Assembly: GCA_052148875.1 (NCBI GenBank)
Contig: JBKQHH010000086.1
Location: 1,367 to 65,366 of the forward strand
DNA length: 64,000 nucleotides
From: Solirubrobacteraceae bacterium
GTDB lineage: Bacteria > Actinomycetota > Thermoleophilia > Solirubrobacterales > Solirubrobacteraceae
Reading direction: 5' to 3'
Numbering within the stretch: position 1 is the stretch's first letter; the number at the start of each line of letters is the position of its first letter. The notes beneath the pieces were generated by a model. That model searched no databases and was not told the DNA's origin. It saw only the letters and a program-made list of their open reading frames with translations. The position numbers were made by a program, and so were the translations under genes. This document shows, in pieces, positions 20,025 to 29,382 of this stretch.

Positions 20025-20165
20025 TGGCGCCTACGGGGTTAGCTGACGGGCTCGCGTAAACGTCTACGCTACGCCACACTCTGTGGCGATTCGCCCCAGC
20101 AGCCTCTCGACTGCAGTGGGTCCCCCGCTCCTCGACCCCTTGGGGACGAGGACTCGGCACGAACG
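20025..20165 (-). promoter_or_regulatory. c-di-AMP (ydaO/yuaA) riboswitch
   Basis: Minus strand reads GCCGAGTCC...GGGGGACCCA...TGGGGCGAATC...GTAG...GAGCCCGTCAGCTAACCCCGTAGGC, upstream of a PG hydrolase. Confidence 0.9.
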
Positions 20166-20291
20166 GGCGGCAACCTAACAGATCTCGCTGCAAGATGCAT
20201 TCCAGGGGCAGGACTGCAAGCTCCGTTGCCGACGACGTCGCCGTTGAGGGCTGCCGCGCGAGAGCGCCCGCGCTGCTAACTTCGCACTCCG

Positions 20292-20939
20292 ATGCGCAAG
20301 AACGGACTCGACCTGCGAGTGTCTCTGTCGCTGCTGGTGCTGGTCCTGGTCGCGGGGGCGGTGGCGCTGTTCGCGATCGGCGGCACGCCCGGCGGCAAGG
20401 CCAGAAGCGAGGCCCTCGCAGCCCACTTCGATGCCGCGGCGGTGCTCACGCCGGCCGAGCCCGCGCCGCCGATCGCGCTGCGCAACTACCTCGGTCAGCC
20501 GGTGAACATCGACTCCTACAGGGGCAAGGCGGTGCTCGTGACGTTCCTGTACACCAACTGCCCGGACGTGTGCCCGCTGATCGCATCCAACCTGCGGGTC
20601 GCGCTGAACGAGATGGGTCAGGCGTTGGCCTCCAAGGTGCAGGTGATCGCCGTGTCGGTGGACCCGCGCGGGGACACGCCTAAGGCGGTCGCGGCGTTTC
20701 TCGCGCGCCATGGGATGACCGGCAGGATGCAGTACCTGATCGGCTCCGCCAGGGAACTAGCGCGCGTGTGGAAGGCGTGGGGCGTGGGCTCCGAACGCGA
20801 CGCCCAGCAGCCGCAGTTCGTCAACCACACGGGCATCGTCTACGGGATCACCGGTTCGGGCAAGCGGCTGACGCTGTATGCGTCGAGCTTCCAGCCCTCG
20901 GAAATCGTCCACGACGTGCCCCTGCTGGTCGCTCGCTGA
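20292..20939 (+). CDS. SCO1/SenC family copper chaperone
   Basis: [19 protein letters not shown], His in VNHT. Confidence 0.92.
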   Translation: MRKNGLDLRVSLSLLVLVLVAGAVALFAIGGTPGGKARSEALAAHFDAAAVLTPAEPAPPIALRNYLGQPVNIDSYRGKAVLVTFLYTNCPDVCPLIASNLRVALNEMGQALASKVQVIAVSVDPRGDTPKAVAAFLARHGMTGRMQYLIGSARELARVWKAWGVGSERDAQQPQFVNHTGIVYGITGSGKRLTLYASSFQPSEIVHDVPLLVAR

Positions 20940-20950
20940 GCGCGCGGAAG

Positions 20951-21472
20951 ATGGCACGGCGGCTGCGAGTGCTCGGCGGGACGCTCGCGATCGCAGCGGC
21001 GCTCGCCGCTGTCGCGGTATTCGGCTTCGCCTCGCACCCCTTGACCGGGCGCGCGGCGCCGGCGCTCCCGCGCGAAGCGCTGGTGGGGCGGCCGATCACG
21101 CTCGCGAGCCTGCTGGCGGGCGCGGGCGGCCGGCCGGCGCTGGTCGTCTTCTGGGCGAGCTGGTGCGGGCCGTGCGCCCAGGAGGCGCCCGCGCTCGAGC
21201 GCTTCGCGCGGAGCGCCGCCGGCCGCGGCAGGATCGTGGGCGTCGACTGGAGCGACCCGCTCGTGTCGAGCGCCCGCGCGTTCGTCAGGCGCTACGCGTG
21301 GAGCTTCCCGGTCATGCGCGACGCGGAAGGTCTCGTCGGGGACGCCTACCGCCTGACCATCCTGCCGATGACGTTCGTCGTCGACAGCCACCGCCGCATC
21401 CGCGCGGTGCTGCACGGCCCGCAGAGCGAGCGCTCGCTGAGCGCCGCGCTGGTCGGCGTGGAACGCAACTGA
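20951..21472 (+). CDS. TlpA/ResA-like thioredoxin
   Basis: FWASWCGPC, LPMTFVVD. Confidence 0.9.
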   Translation: MARRLRVLGGTLAIAAALAAVAVFGFASHPLTGRAAPALPREALVGRPITLASLLAGAGGRPALVVFWASWCGPCAQEAPALERFARSAAGRGRIVGVDWSDPLVSSARAFVRRYAWSFPVMRDAEGLVGDAYRLTILPMTFVVDSHRRIRAVLHGPQSERSLSAALVGVERN

Positions 21473-21549
21473 GCGCCGAGGCGCTCGCGCGGCGGCGGGA
21501 CGGCCGCGGGACGGCGGCGGGACCGCCGCGGGGAGCTACGCTCAGCACC

Positions 21550-21969
21550 GTGGCCAGCTGGGATGACGTACGCCGGATCGCGCTCTCGCTGCCGGAGGCG
21601 GGCGAGCAGTCCAAACGCGGCCTCGCCTCGTGGCGGGTGCGGGAGAAGCTGTTCGTGTGGGAGCGCCCGCTGCGCGCCTCGGAAATCAGCGCCCTCGGCG
21701 AGAGCGCGCCCGACGGGCCGATCCTCGCAGCGCGCGTCGAGCATCTCGGCGCCAGGGAGGCGCTCCTGGCCGACGATCCCGAGGTCTACTTCACCACGCC
21801 GCATTTCGACGGCTACCCGGCGGTGCTCGCGCGCCTGGAGAGGATCGGCCCGCAGGATCTCGAGGAACTGATCGTCGAGGCGTGGCTGTGTCGCGCGCCC
21901 AAGCGAGTCGCGCAGCGGTACGTCGACGCGCACCTGGCGCCGGACGGGAGGGGCGAGGAGCGGCCATGA
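21550..21969 (+). CDS. MmcQ/YjbR family protein
   Basis: ASWDDVRRIALSLPE...FTTPHFDGYPAVL...EAWLCRAPKR. Confidence 0.85.
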   Translation: MASWDDVRRIALSLPEAGEQSKRGLASWRVREKLFVWERPLRASEISALGESAPDGPILAARVEHLGAREALLADDPEVYFTTPHFDGYPAVLARLERIGPQDLEELIVEAWLCRAPKRVAQRYVDAHLAPDGRGEERP

Positions 21970-22172
21970 CCGACATCGGCGACGGTCCCTTTCACAAGGG
22001 CGAGCCCGTGTGGGTGATGGAGGCCGACGGCTCACAGCGCCCCGCGGAGTACATCGGCGTGCGCGAGGTGAGCGCGTGGTTCGGGGGGCCTCCGGCGGTG
22101 TTCGTCCTCTACACCGACACCCACTCCGGAGGCACCGTCGAGGTGGACCGCGTGATCCCGCGCGAGACCTGA
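21966..22172 (+). CDS. Small hypothetical protein
   Basis: GAGGAG RBS, ATGA overlap with the upstream gene. Confidence 0.65.
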   Translation: MTDIGDGPFHKGEPVWVMEADGSQRPAEYIGVREVSAWFGGPPAVFVLYTDTHSGGTVEVDRVIPRET

Positions 22173-22192
22173 TCGGCGCACCTCTGTGCCGG

Positions 22193-22489
22193 TCAGAGAA
22201 CCTGGCGGCCCGCTTCGTCGATCAGTGTGCCGAGGGGTCGTATCTGGCGTCCCTCGCCGTCCATGTTCTCGGGCGCGAGCCACTTCCGGAACCCGAGCCG
22301 GATCGCCGGCCAGCGATCGTCGGTCCAGATCGCGGGATCGCCGTCGGGAGGGTGCGAGACCGCGAACAGCGGCGCGGCGTCATCGGCGTGGACCGGTCGA
22401 ACCAGAACGTGGGAGCCGCGCAGCGACAGCCGCTCCGGTGCTTTGAGCGGCTTCCAATCCAGCTCTTCGCCGAGGGGTAGGGTGGACAC
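22193..22489 (-). pseudogene. RimJ-like GNAT acetyltransferase with internal in-frame deletion
   Basis: N-terminus (PERLSLRGSHVLVRP...DPAIWT) joined directly to C-terminus (WPAIR...WLAPENMDGEGRQ); central acetyl-CoA core missing. Confidence 0.6.
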
Positions 22490-22556
22490 GGCCTTGAACT
22501 CAAGCATTGATCGAGGGTCTGGTGACGGGCGGCTGCCGGCTTTCTCGCGCGGGCCG

Positions 22557-24011
22557 GTGCTTGCCGTCGCGGCGCTCCTGCTCGTTGTCCTGGTTGCGAC
22601 CTCGGGGCGATATGGCTATCACCGCGACGAGCTGTACTTCCTGGCCTGCGGCCGGCACCTCGCGTGGGGGTACCCCGACCAGCCGGTCTTCGTCCCGCTC
22701 GTCGCTCGCCTGATGTCCGACCTCGCGCCGACGTCGCTTGTCGTGCTGCGCCTGCCGTCCGCGCTGGCGGCTGTCGCGGTCGTCGCGTTGACGGGCCTGC
22801 TCGCGCGTGAGCTCGGAGGCGAGCGAGGCGCGCAGCTGCTCGCGGCCACGTCGATCGCGATCGCCGCCGTGCTCGACGGGTCGGCCCACACGCTGAACAC
22901 GAGCGTCTTCGACCTCGTCGCGTGGGCGCTGCTCTGCCTTCTGATCGTGCGCATCCTGCGCACAGGCTCGGAGCGGCTGTGGCTGGTCGTGGGCGTGGTC
23001 GCCGGGCTGGGGCTGCTCGACTCGGACCTGGTCGCCTTTCTGATGTTCGCCGTGGTCGTGGGGCTGGCCGTCGCCGGACCGAGGCGTCCGTTCGGCTCCC
23101 CGTGGTTGTATGCCGGTGGGTTGGTGGCGCTCGCGATGTGGGCGCCCTATCTGGCCTGGCAGGCGAGCCACGGTTGGCCGGAGCTGACGGTTGCCCGCTC
23201 GATCGCCAACGGCGGCTCGGGGACGTCGGCCCCTCGTTGGCTCATCCTGCCGGAGCAGCTCGAGCTCGTCAGCCTGTTCCTCAGCCCCGTGTGGATCGTG
23301 GGCCTGGTGCGATTGCTGCGCGACCCTGCGCTGCGCTGGTGCCGTGCTATCGGCGTCGCCTACCTCGTCTTGGCCGTCGCGTTCATCGTCACCGGGGGCA
23401 AGCCGTACTACCTCGCCGGCATGTTCCCGCTGCTGCTCGCAGTCGGCGCCCAGCCGGTCCTTCGGTGGGTGCGCCGCGGCCGGCCGCGCGCGCGAGCGGC
23501 GCTGCTGGTCGCGGCGGTCGTGCTGAGCCTCACGTCGATCCCCGTCACGCTGCCGGTCGTGCCGGTCGCCGACTTGCACGACACGCCGATCGTCAAGCTG
23601 AACTACGACGCCGGCGAGACGATCGGTTGGCCGACATACGTTCGGGAGATCGCCGGCGTGTATGCCTCCCTGCCGGTGGAGCAGCGCCGCGCGACGGTCG
23701 TGCTCGCGAGCAACTACGGCGAGGCCGGCGCGGTCGATCGCTACGGACCGGCGAACGGGCTGCCCGCCGTCTACAGCGGCCACATGGCCTACTGGTACTG
23801 GGGGCCGCCGCCGGCCTCGGCCACGAGCGCCGTCGCCGTCGGCTTCGAACGGAGCACCCTCGCCGCGTTCTGCGGCACGCTGGTCCTCGCCGCCCGCCTC
23901 GACAACCACCTCGACGTCGACGACGACGAGCAGAACGAACCGGTGTGGGTGTGCTCCGATCCGCGCGCGCCCTGGAAGAGCATCTGGCCGACGCTGCGGG
24001 ATTTCGAATGA
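22557..24011 (+). CDS. Glycosyltransferase family 39 (PMT-like) membrane protein (start uncertain, 22482-22557)
   Basis: YGYHRDELYF, WGYPDQP, GGKPYY, NYGEAGA, SGHMAYWYWG. Confidence 0.88.
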   Translation: MLAVAALLLVVLVATSGRYGYHRDELYFLACGRHLAWGYPDQPVFVPLVARLMSDLAPTSLVVLRLPSALAAVAVVALTGLLARELGGERGAQLLAATSIAIAAVLDGSAHTLNTSVFDLVAWALLCLLIVRILRTGSERLWLVVGVVAGLGLLDSDLVAFLMFAVVVGLAVAGPRRPFGSPWLYAGGLVALAMWAPYLAWQASHGWPELTVARSIANGGSGTSAPRWLILPEQLELVSLFLSPVWIVGLVRLLRDPALRWCRAIGVAYLVLAVAFIVTGGKPYYLAGMFPLLLAVGAQPVLRWVRRGRPRARAALLVAAVVLSLTSIPVTLPVVPVADLHDTPIVKLNYDAGETIGWPTYVREIAGVYASLPVEQRRATVVLASNYGEAGAVDRYGPANGLPAVYSGHMAYWYWGPPPASATSAVAVGFERSTLAAFCGTLVLAARLDNHLDVDDDEQNEPVWVCSDPRAPWKSIWPTLRDFE

Positions 24012-24092
24012 GTGGCGCGCGGTCGCCGCGCCCTACGTGCACTTGGCTCACTCAAAGTCCGCCGAAATTGAGAACTGAAGCGACAGCTGTCC

Positions 24093-24136
24093 CAGAGGCG
24101 ACGACCGGAATCGAACCGGTGTAGACGGCTTTGCAG
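24093..24136 (-). repeat. att repeat: displaced 3' half of tRNA-Cys
   Basis: 40/44 identical to 37570-37613. Confidence 0.9.
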
Positions 24137-24219
24137 TGGGACCGGAACGGCGCTTTCCCCGCATATTCCGGGATCTTCAGATCCCTTCGGTGCCCTCCGG
24201 TGCCCCTCGAAGACGTTCG

Positions 24220-24252
24220 TTTGTGGGGAATTTGTGGGGAATTTGTGGGGAG
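24220..24252 (+). repeat. Tandem 11-bp repeat TTTGTGGGGAA x3, putative arm-type sites
   Basis: Three consecutive copies ~85 bp inside the att site. Confidence 0.7.
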
Positions 24253-24953
24253 TGCGGGTCCCTGACCAGATGGTTGGTCGACTCGATCCGGAGTCGATAC
24301 GCCAGGTCCCGTTCCGAGGTTGAGCGGCCGGTCCGGACCGGCCTGACGTGCCGGTAGGGCTGGTGCCGTAGCCTCGCGCTCATACGGCCGTTCCTGCTGA
24401 TCGCGTGAGTCCTTGGTGCAATGCCCGGCAGCCCGAGCACTCGCCCGCGGACGAGCCAGGGGGAGGCACTCATAGTCGTCATCGACCCAGAAGCGTTTGT
24501 GCTCATGCTGCGCGAGGAGGCCGAGATCCGCGCGAACGGATGGGCGTGGCGTGACCCTCGCGCCAGGCGGTGACGGGCGAGGTCTGGAGTTAGCCGTCCC
24601 GCGGAGCACGTGAGCACGTTGTGGGCACACGCGCTCGTGTGAGTCCAGCGGATTCCGCAGCGTCAGGTCTCGGGGCATCATGACTCGCCTGACTGTAGGA
24701 GCGACGAGAGCCAACCAGAGGGTTCTGGCCTATCTCGAGCGGATTGGCGGCCCGGGCCTTGCTGAGCCGCACCGCGCGCACGGCCTGTGTGCACGACTGA
24801 AGTAGTCCAGCATGTCGCTGCTGTGCGACGTCCTGCTCACGCGAAGCACGGTCGGGCGCTGCGATTGATCGATCGCCTGCGAATAGACGCTCCTCCGCTT
24901 TATCCATTAAGCCCGGAAATCGGTCCGGGCGATCCACTTCACTAGGAGGACGC

Positions 24954-26024
24954 ATGCCCAACCCTGACCAGGCCACGACGCAGAGAGAAGGTCGCACCCA
25001 TCTTCGGCGAGTAGTGATCGAAGAGCGTCAGCGGAAGACCCTCGAGCACGTGCGGCTCTCGACCGGCTATGCCGAGGACCTCGACCCGCACGCTCACGAT
25101 CAGGTGACCTTCCGGCTGATCAACCAGCGCAAGGAGCTCGACTCTCTGCCGGGCGCCGCGACGGTCGTGCCGGCGCTGGATGACTGGAAGTACTGGACGA
25201 AGATGAATGACTGGGACTCGCGCAACCGGCTGCTCGAGCACCTGACCGACAAGATGCGCCGCCGTGGTGCCTCACAGGCCGAGATCCAGTTGCTCGTCGT
25301 GCTCTGTCGCCCGGCGTGGCAGGCGGTGGTCTTGAGCCTGCGCCGCTACGGCGGACTCGACCTGGATCCTCGCGCTGCCGGCGTGCATGAGCGCGAGGAG
25401 GCCAGGCGCGTGAACGAGCTCGATCGCGGAGAACTCGACCAGGTGGTCCAGAACGCGCTGATGGATGTCCTGCGTGACTGTCCACGCCCGTTTCCGCGTC
25501 GCTTCTTTCCGTGGCTGAAGAACGTCCTCGCACACCGCGCTCTGGACCACGTCCACGGCGAGCTCACCGAGGGCCGCGAGTACCTGCCCTACGACGACGG
25601 CATCCAGTACGTGCTCAACGAGCTGCTCACCGGGGACGGTCGCGGGGCGGGCTACTTCGCTGCGCCCGCCTCGCCGGCGCACGCCGCCTGGCTAAGGACC
25701 TTGGATCTTCCGAGGATCTTCGAGCTCGCCCACGAGTACGCAACCTATGCGCGCACGCGCACCGCGTGCGAGCGCGCCGTCGAGCGCCTGCCAGATCGCC
25801 AGCGCCAGGTGATCCAGCAGCGCTACTTCGAGAGCATGACCCAGGAGCAGATTGCGAGCGTGAGCGGCATCGCCGCCTCGAGCGTGCGCAACACCCACCG
25901 TGGGGCAATCACCAATCTGCGGCGTGACGACGCGCTCTTCGACGTGCTCGAGGCGGTCGGCAAGGTCCGCGACGCCGCTCGCCGCCGGCAGCTCGTGCTG
26001 GAGCGAGAGCGCCAGGCGGCCTAG
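24954..26024 (+). CDS. Sigma-70-like protein with long N-terminal extension
   Basis: AGGAGG RBS; region-2-like FFPWLKNVLAHRALD; region 4 LPDRQRQVIQQRYFESMTQEQIA. Confidence 0.75.
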   Translation: MPNPDQATTQREGRTHLRRVVIEERQRKTLEHVRLSTGYAEDLDPHAHDQVTFRLINQRKELDSLPGAATVVPALDDWKYWTKMNDWDSRNRLLEHLTDKMRRRGASQAEIQLLVVLCRPAWQAVVLSLRRYGGLDLDPRAAGVHEREEARRVNELDRGELDQVVQNALMDVLRDCPRPFPRRFFPWLKNVLAHRALDHVHGELTEGREYLPYDDGIQYVLNELLTGDGRGAGYFAAPASPAHAAWLRTLDLPRIFELAHEYATYARTRTACERAVERLPDRQRQVIQQRYFESMTQEQIASVSGIAASSVRNTHRGAITNLRRDDALFDVLEAVGKVRDAARRRQLVLERERQAA

Positions 26025-26084
26025 GCCCGCTCGTCCCTGCGGTAGCGACCGGAAGCCATCATTGGATTTGCTGAAATAAAGCAC

Positions 26085-26672
26085 ATGGACGCGGATCAGT
26101 CCGAAAAGGGAGAGGAAGAGGGACAGTCGGTCATGCGAGCCCTTGGGCGCGCCATCGTCAGCGCGGCGAGTCTCGAAAGCGCCCTGAAGCTACAGCTAGG
26201 GGCCTTCACCGACGAGGCCACTGCTGCTAACTCGGACGTTGCTCACTCCCCTGCCATGGGTGGATACCAAGCCCAGCGTGACCGGCTCAATCGCCTCACC
26301 GCAGGACAGTTGCTCGGCGAACTGCGCGGGCGGGGCTTTCCACCCGAACTTCTGGAGCGCGTCGATGATGCGATCAAGCGTCGCAACCAGCTCGTCCATA
26401 GGATCTTGCAGGACGACGAAATCGTCCGAGCGGTCTCTGAGGGTAATGGACTCGATCAAGTGATCGCTCGGATAGAGCAGCTTGTGCGCGACTGCTCTGA
26501 GTTGGCGATCGAGCTTTATACAATCACCATTCGCATATTCGAAGAGGTGACTGGCAAGAGCGCAGTCGAACTCGCTGACATACTCACACAGGCCAATCCG
26601 AGCATGATCGATGACCCGCACGACCGTGCTTGGCTCGAAGCGCTACAGGCAGATGGCGACATCTCCTTCTGA
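26085..26672 (+). CDS. Hypothetical protein, possible HEPN
   Basis: LE..L helix, TAGQL, RRNQLVH (Rx4H). Confidence 0.6.
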   Translation: MDADQSEKGEEEGQSVMRALGRAIVSAASLESALKLQLGAFTDEATAANSDVAHSPAMGGYQAQRDRLNRLTAGQLLGELRGRGFPPELLERVDDAIKRRNQLVHRILQDDEIVRAVSEGNGLDQVIARIEQLVRDCSELAIELYTITIRIFEEVTGKSAVELADILTQANPSMIDDPHDRAWLEALQADGDISF

Positions 26673-27124
26673 TCGCGCGGCAGGACGTCGGACGGAGGAG
26701 GTTGTGGCGCGTCCGTGACGCTACCGGACGGTCGCCACATCGCACCCCAGCCGCACTTCGTGTTGCAGCCTCTCGCCGACCTCGCGCACCTCGACGCCCA
26801 GCAGGGTGCCGGTGTGCTGGACGTGCCATCGGCCTCTCCGTCGATGATCGTCGAGACCTCCATCGTGACCGCGAGTACACGGGCGATCCCATCGTCGGCC
26901 GGTGGCGGGTCCGGGCTCGGGGTTCTCGGTCGTGATCCGCTCGAGTTGCTCGTCCCACAGCGCCTCGCTGGCGCGGCCAAGCTCGCTCGCCGCGAGCGCC
27001 GCGAGCGTCACGTCGATCTCCTCATCTGACTCGCGGTCGGCCATTAGACGATCCTGTCGACGGTCGGCGACGCCACTGAACGTCGTTGCGCGGGGTCATC
27101 ACCAGCCCGTGAGAAGCTGTGCCG

Positions 27125-28258
27125 ATGCGCTGGGATGACCTTCGGCTTCTTCGCCAGATCGACGAGTGCGAGGAGAGCGAGCAAACCGGGCCGCTGTCCA
27201 ACGGCTCGACCTTGATGCAGGCCACGAGCCAGGGGAAGACGATCGACTGGGGCCGGGATGAGCGCACGTTCGCGCGAGAGCTGCTGCTCGCCCGCGCGGC
27301 CGGCTACCTGGAATGGATCGACCCGTTCAATCCCGGGGTCCACCCGGCCGACCCGATCATCGATGCCCAGCGGTGGCTGCAAGAAATACGCGACATTAGT
27401 CTCACGCTCCCGGGCCGCGATCGAGCTCGCGGACGCGTAATCCAACGGCCGCTACCGGACCCCGACGAGGACGACGACCGCCCGATCACCGGGATGACGC
27501 TCGAGGACATCGCCCGAGCAATCGGGGACACCTACACAGCCCCGCAGCTGCCGCGCTACCTGCGCGAGTCCGGGATACCGGAGGAGTTCATCCAGGCCGA
27601 GGTGCCCGCCAGCAAGTGGGAGTACGTGCTCGGAATCTTCGAGGCGCTCCATGACGGAGGCTCAGCCGCGCGCCGCGCACTGCGCCAGTTCATCGGCGGC
27701 TGGCTCGAAGGCCGCTACCACGCCCCGCCACGCACCGAGGTCCGCAAGCGGATCGTCGCACTGCTCGCCGCGCAAGGCTGGCACGTGCGCGAGGGCCGTC
27801 TGGTGATCGGCGAGCGCACCGCCGATATGGCAGGGACGCTCACGCCGGTTGGGCAGGACGCCAGGATCGCCGCGCTGCACGCCGACGTCCGCCAGGCCGC
27901 CGACCGCTACCTGGAGAGCGGGCACCCGGAGGTCGCGATCTTCGAGGTGTTCAAGGCGGTCAACAACCGCGTCAAGAGGATGACTGGCCTGGATGTCGAC
28001 GGTGCTGCGCTGATGGGGGAGGCATTCAAGGACTCGAATCCGCCGCTCGCGCTCGCCGACCTGTCGACCGAGACGGGCAGGAACATCCAGGCCGGCTTCC
28101 GCTTCCTGTTCATGGGCGCCGTGCGAGGGATCCGCAATCCCGACGCGCACGAACTGTTCAAGGTGCTCGACGCCGAGGAGGCGCTCGAGACGCTCGCCTT
28201 CGCGAGCATGCTCATGCGACGCCTCGACAGCGCTGACCAAACGCGGGGGCAAACATGA
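27125..28258 (+). CDS. TIGR02391 family protein with extra N-terminal domains
   Basis: LHADV...FEVFKAVNNRVK...DGAALMGEAF...GAVRGIRNPDAH. Confidence 0.85.
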   Translation: MRWDDLRLLRQIDECEESEQTGPLSNGSTLMQATSQGKTIDWGRDERTFARELLLARAAGYLEWIDPFNPGVHPADPIIDAQRWLQEIRDISLTLPGRDRARGRVIQRPLPDPDEDDDRPITGMTLEDIARAIGDTYTAPQLPRYLRESGIPEEFIQAEVPASKWEYVLGIFEALHDGGSAARRALRQFIGGWLEGRYHAPPRTEVRKRIVALLAAQGWHVREGRLVIGERTADMAGTLTPVGQDARIAALHADVRQAADRYLESGHPEVAIFEVFKAVNNRVKRMTGLDVDGAALMGEAFKDSNPPLALADLSTETGRNIQAGFRFLFMGAVRGIRNPDAHELFKVLDAEEALETLAFASMLMRRLDSADQTRGQT

Positions 28259-28410
28259 CGAGCGTCAGCGAGGCCGAATCAAGGCTGGCATCCGCAACAC
28301 CGGCAATGCCTCAGCGCGCCCTGTCGCGGGGGAAGCGCGGCATGAGCGGGGCAAGAAGTCTCCCACTGGAGCTAATCGCCGAACTCGACGCCGGATGGGT
28401 GAGTGCACGC

Positions 28411-28431
28411 GCGTAGCATCCAGTGCTACGC
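28411..28431. promoter_or_regulatory. Probable TA operator palindrome
   Basis: GCGTAGCA-N5-TGCTACGC directly upstream of the antitoxin ATG. Confidence 0.65.
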
Positions 28432-28440
28432 TATGGATCG

Positions 28441-28692
28441 ATGACACGGGAGATATCCGTTCGGCAGCTGCGAAACCACACGGCGGACGTTGTCGCGGCT
28501 GTGCGTTCCGGCGAGCGGCTGGCGTTGACGGTCAACCGCCAGGCGGTCGCCGACATCGTGCCTCACCAGGCGAGCCGCGATCCATGGGTGTCCTCCTCGG
28601 CCCTGCGCAAGCTCGTCGCCGAAGCCGGCGCGGACGCCGGCCTGATGGATGACTTGGCGGCGGTTCGCGGCGAGCTGATCGACGAGTCGTGA
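28441..28692 (+). CDS. vapB: Phd/YefM-type antitoxin
   Basis: ISVRQLRNHTADVV...GE...TVN...VADIVP; overlaps the PIN gene. Confidence 0.88.
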   Translation: MTREISVRQLRNHTADVVAAVRSGERLALTVNRQAVADIVPHQASRDPWVSSSALRKLVAEAGADAGLMDDLAAVRGELIDES

Positions 28693-29072
28693 GCAGGGCG
28701 ATCGCCGATACATCGGTGTTCATCGCGCGCGAGAGTGGGCGGCCGCTCGGGGATCTGCCCGACGAGATCGCGGTCTCGGTGATCACAGCAGCCGAGCTAG
28801 AGCTCGGCGTCCTGCGCGCGCGCGACCAGCCGACCCGGGCCACACGTCTTGCGACACTCACGCGCGTGCGCACTGAATATCCGCTGCTCGAGGTCGATGC
28901 CGCGACCGCTTCGTACTTCGCGCGGATCGCCGACGAACAGCTCGGCGCGGGGCGCAAGCTGCGCCGGCACGACACCTGGATCGCCGCGACGGCGATGCGC
29001 CACGATGCCGTGGTAGTGACGCAGGACGACGACTTCACCGACTTCGTGTCGGTGCAGGTCATCCGCGTCTGA
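28689..29072 (+). CDS. vapC: VapC PIN-domain toxin
   Basis: ADTSVFI, SVITAAEL, HDTWIAATA, VTQDDDF. Confidence 0.92.
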   Translation: MSRAIADTSVFIARESGRPLGDLPDEIAVSVITAAELELGVLRARDQPTRATRLATLTRVRTEYPLLEVDAATASYFARIADEQLGAGRKLRRHDTWIAATAMRHDAVVVTQDDDFTDFVSVQVIRV

Positions 29073-29382
29073 CGCCGACCCCACGGCGTCGATCGCCCGT
29101 TGGCGTTCCAGATGCTCCTCGTCTGCGCCTCGAGGACGGCATATCTACTTGAGATTCCAGGCATGTTCTGTTTCTTTATGTATGTCGCTTTGCGATGGTC
29201 TCCGGCATGGGATCGGGCATGCCACCGAAAGCAACACGGCGGGGGGAGAACCGCTCCAGTCTGCGACTGGTAGCGCATGCAGAGCAACATCGGCCTACCG
29301 CATACGCGTACCCTTGGCGCTGCACGCGCGGGCGAGTTCGCGAACCCATACGGCCATGTAGTCAGCGGTCAGCGACGCGTCT

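Noticed and set aside
24093-24136. Second tRNA-Cys gene
   Set aside because: Lacks acceptor 5' strand and D-arm; att remnant
24220-24252. Replication iterons
   Set aside because: No rep gene; position beside att fits integrase arm sites better
24421-24573. 50-codon plus-strand ORF upstream of the sigma-like gene
   Set aside because: No RBS or homology evidence visible
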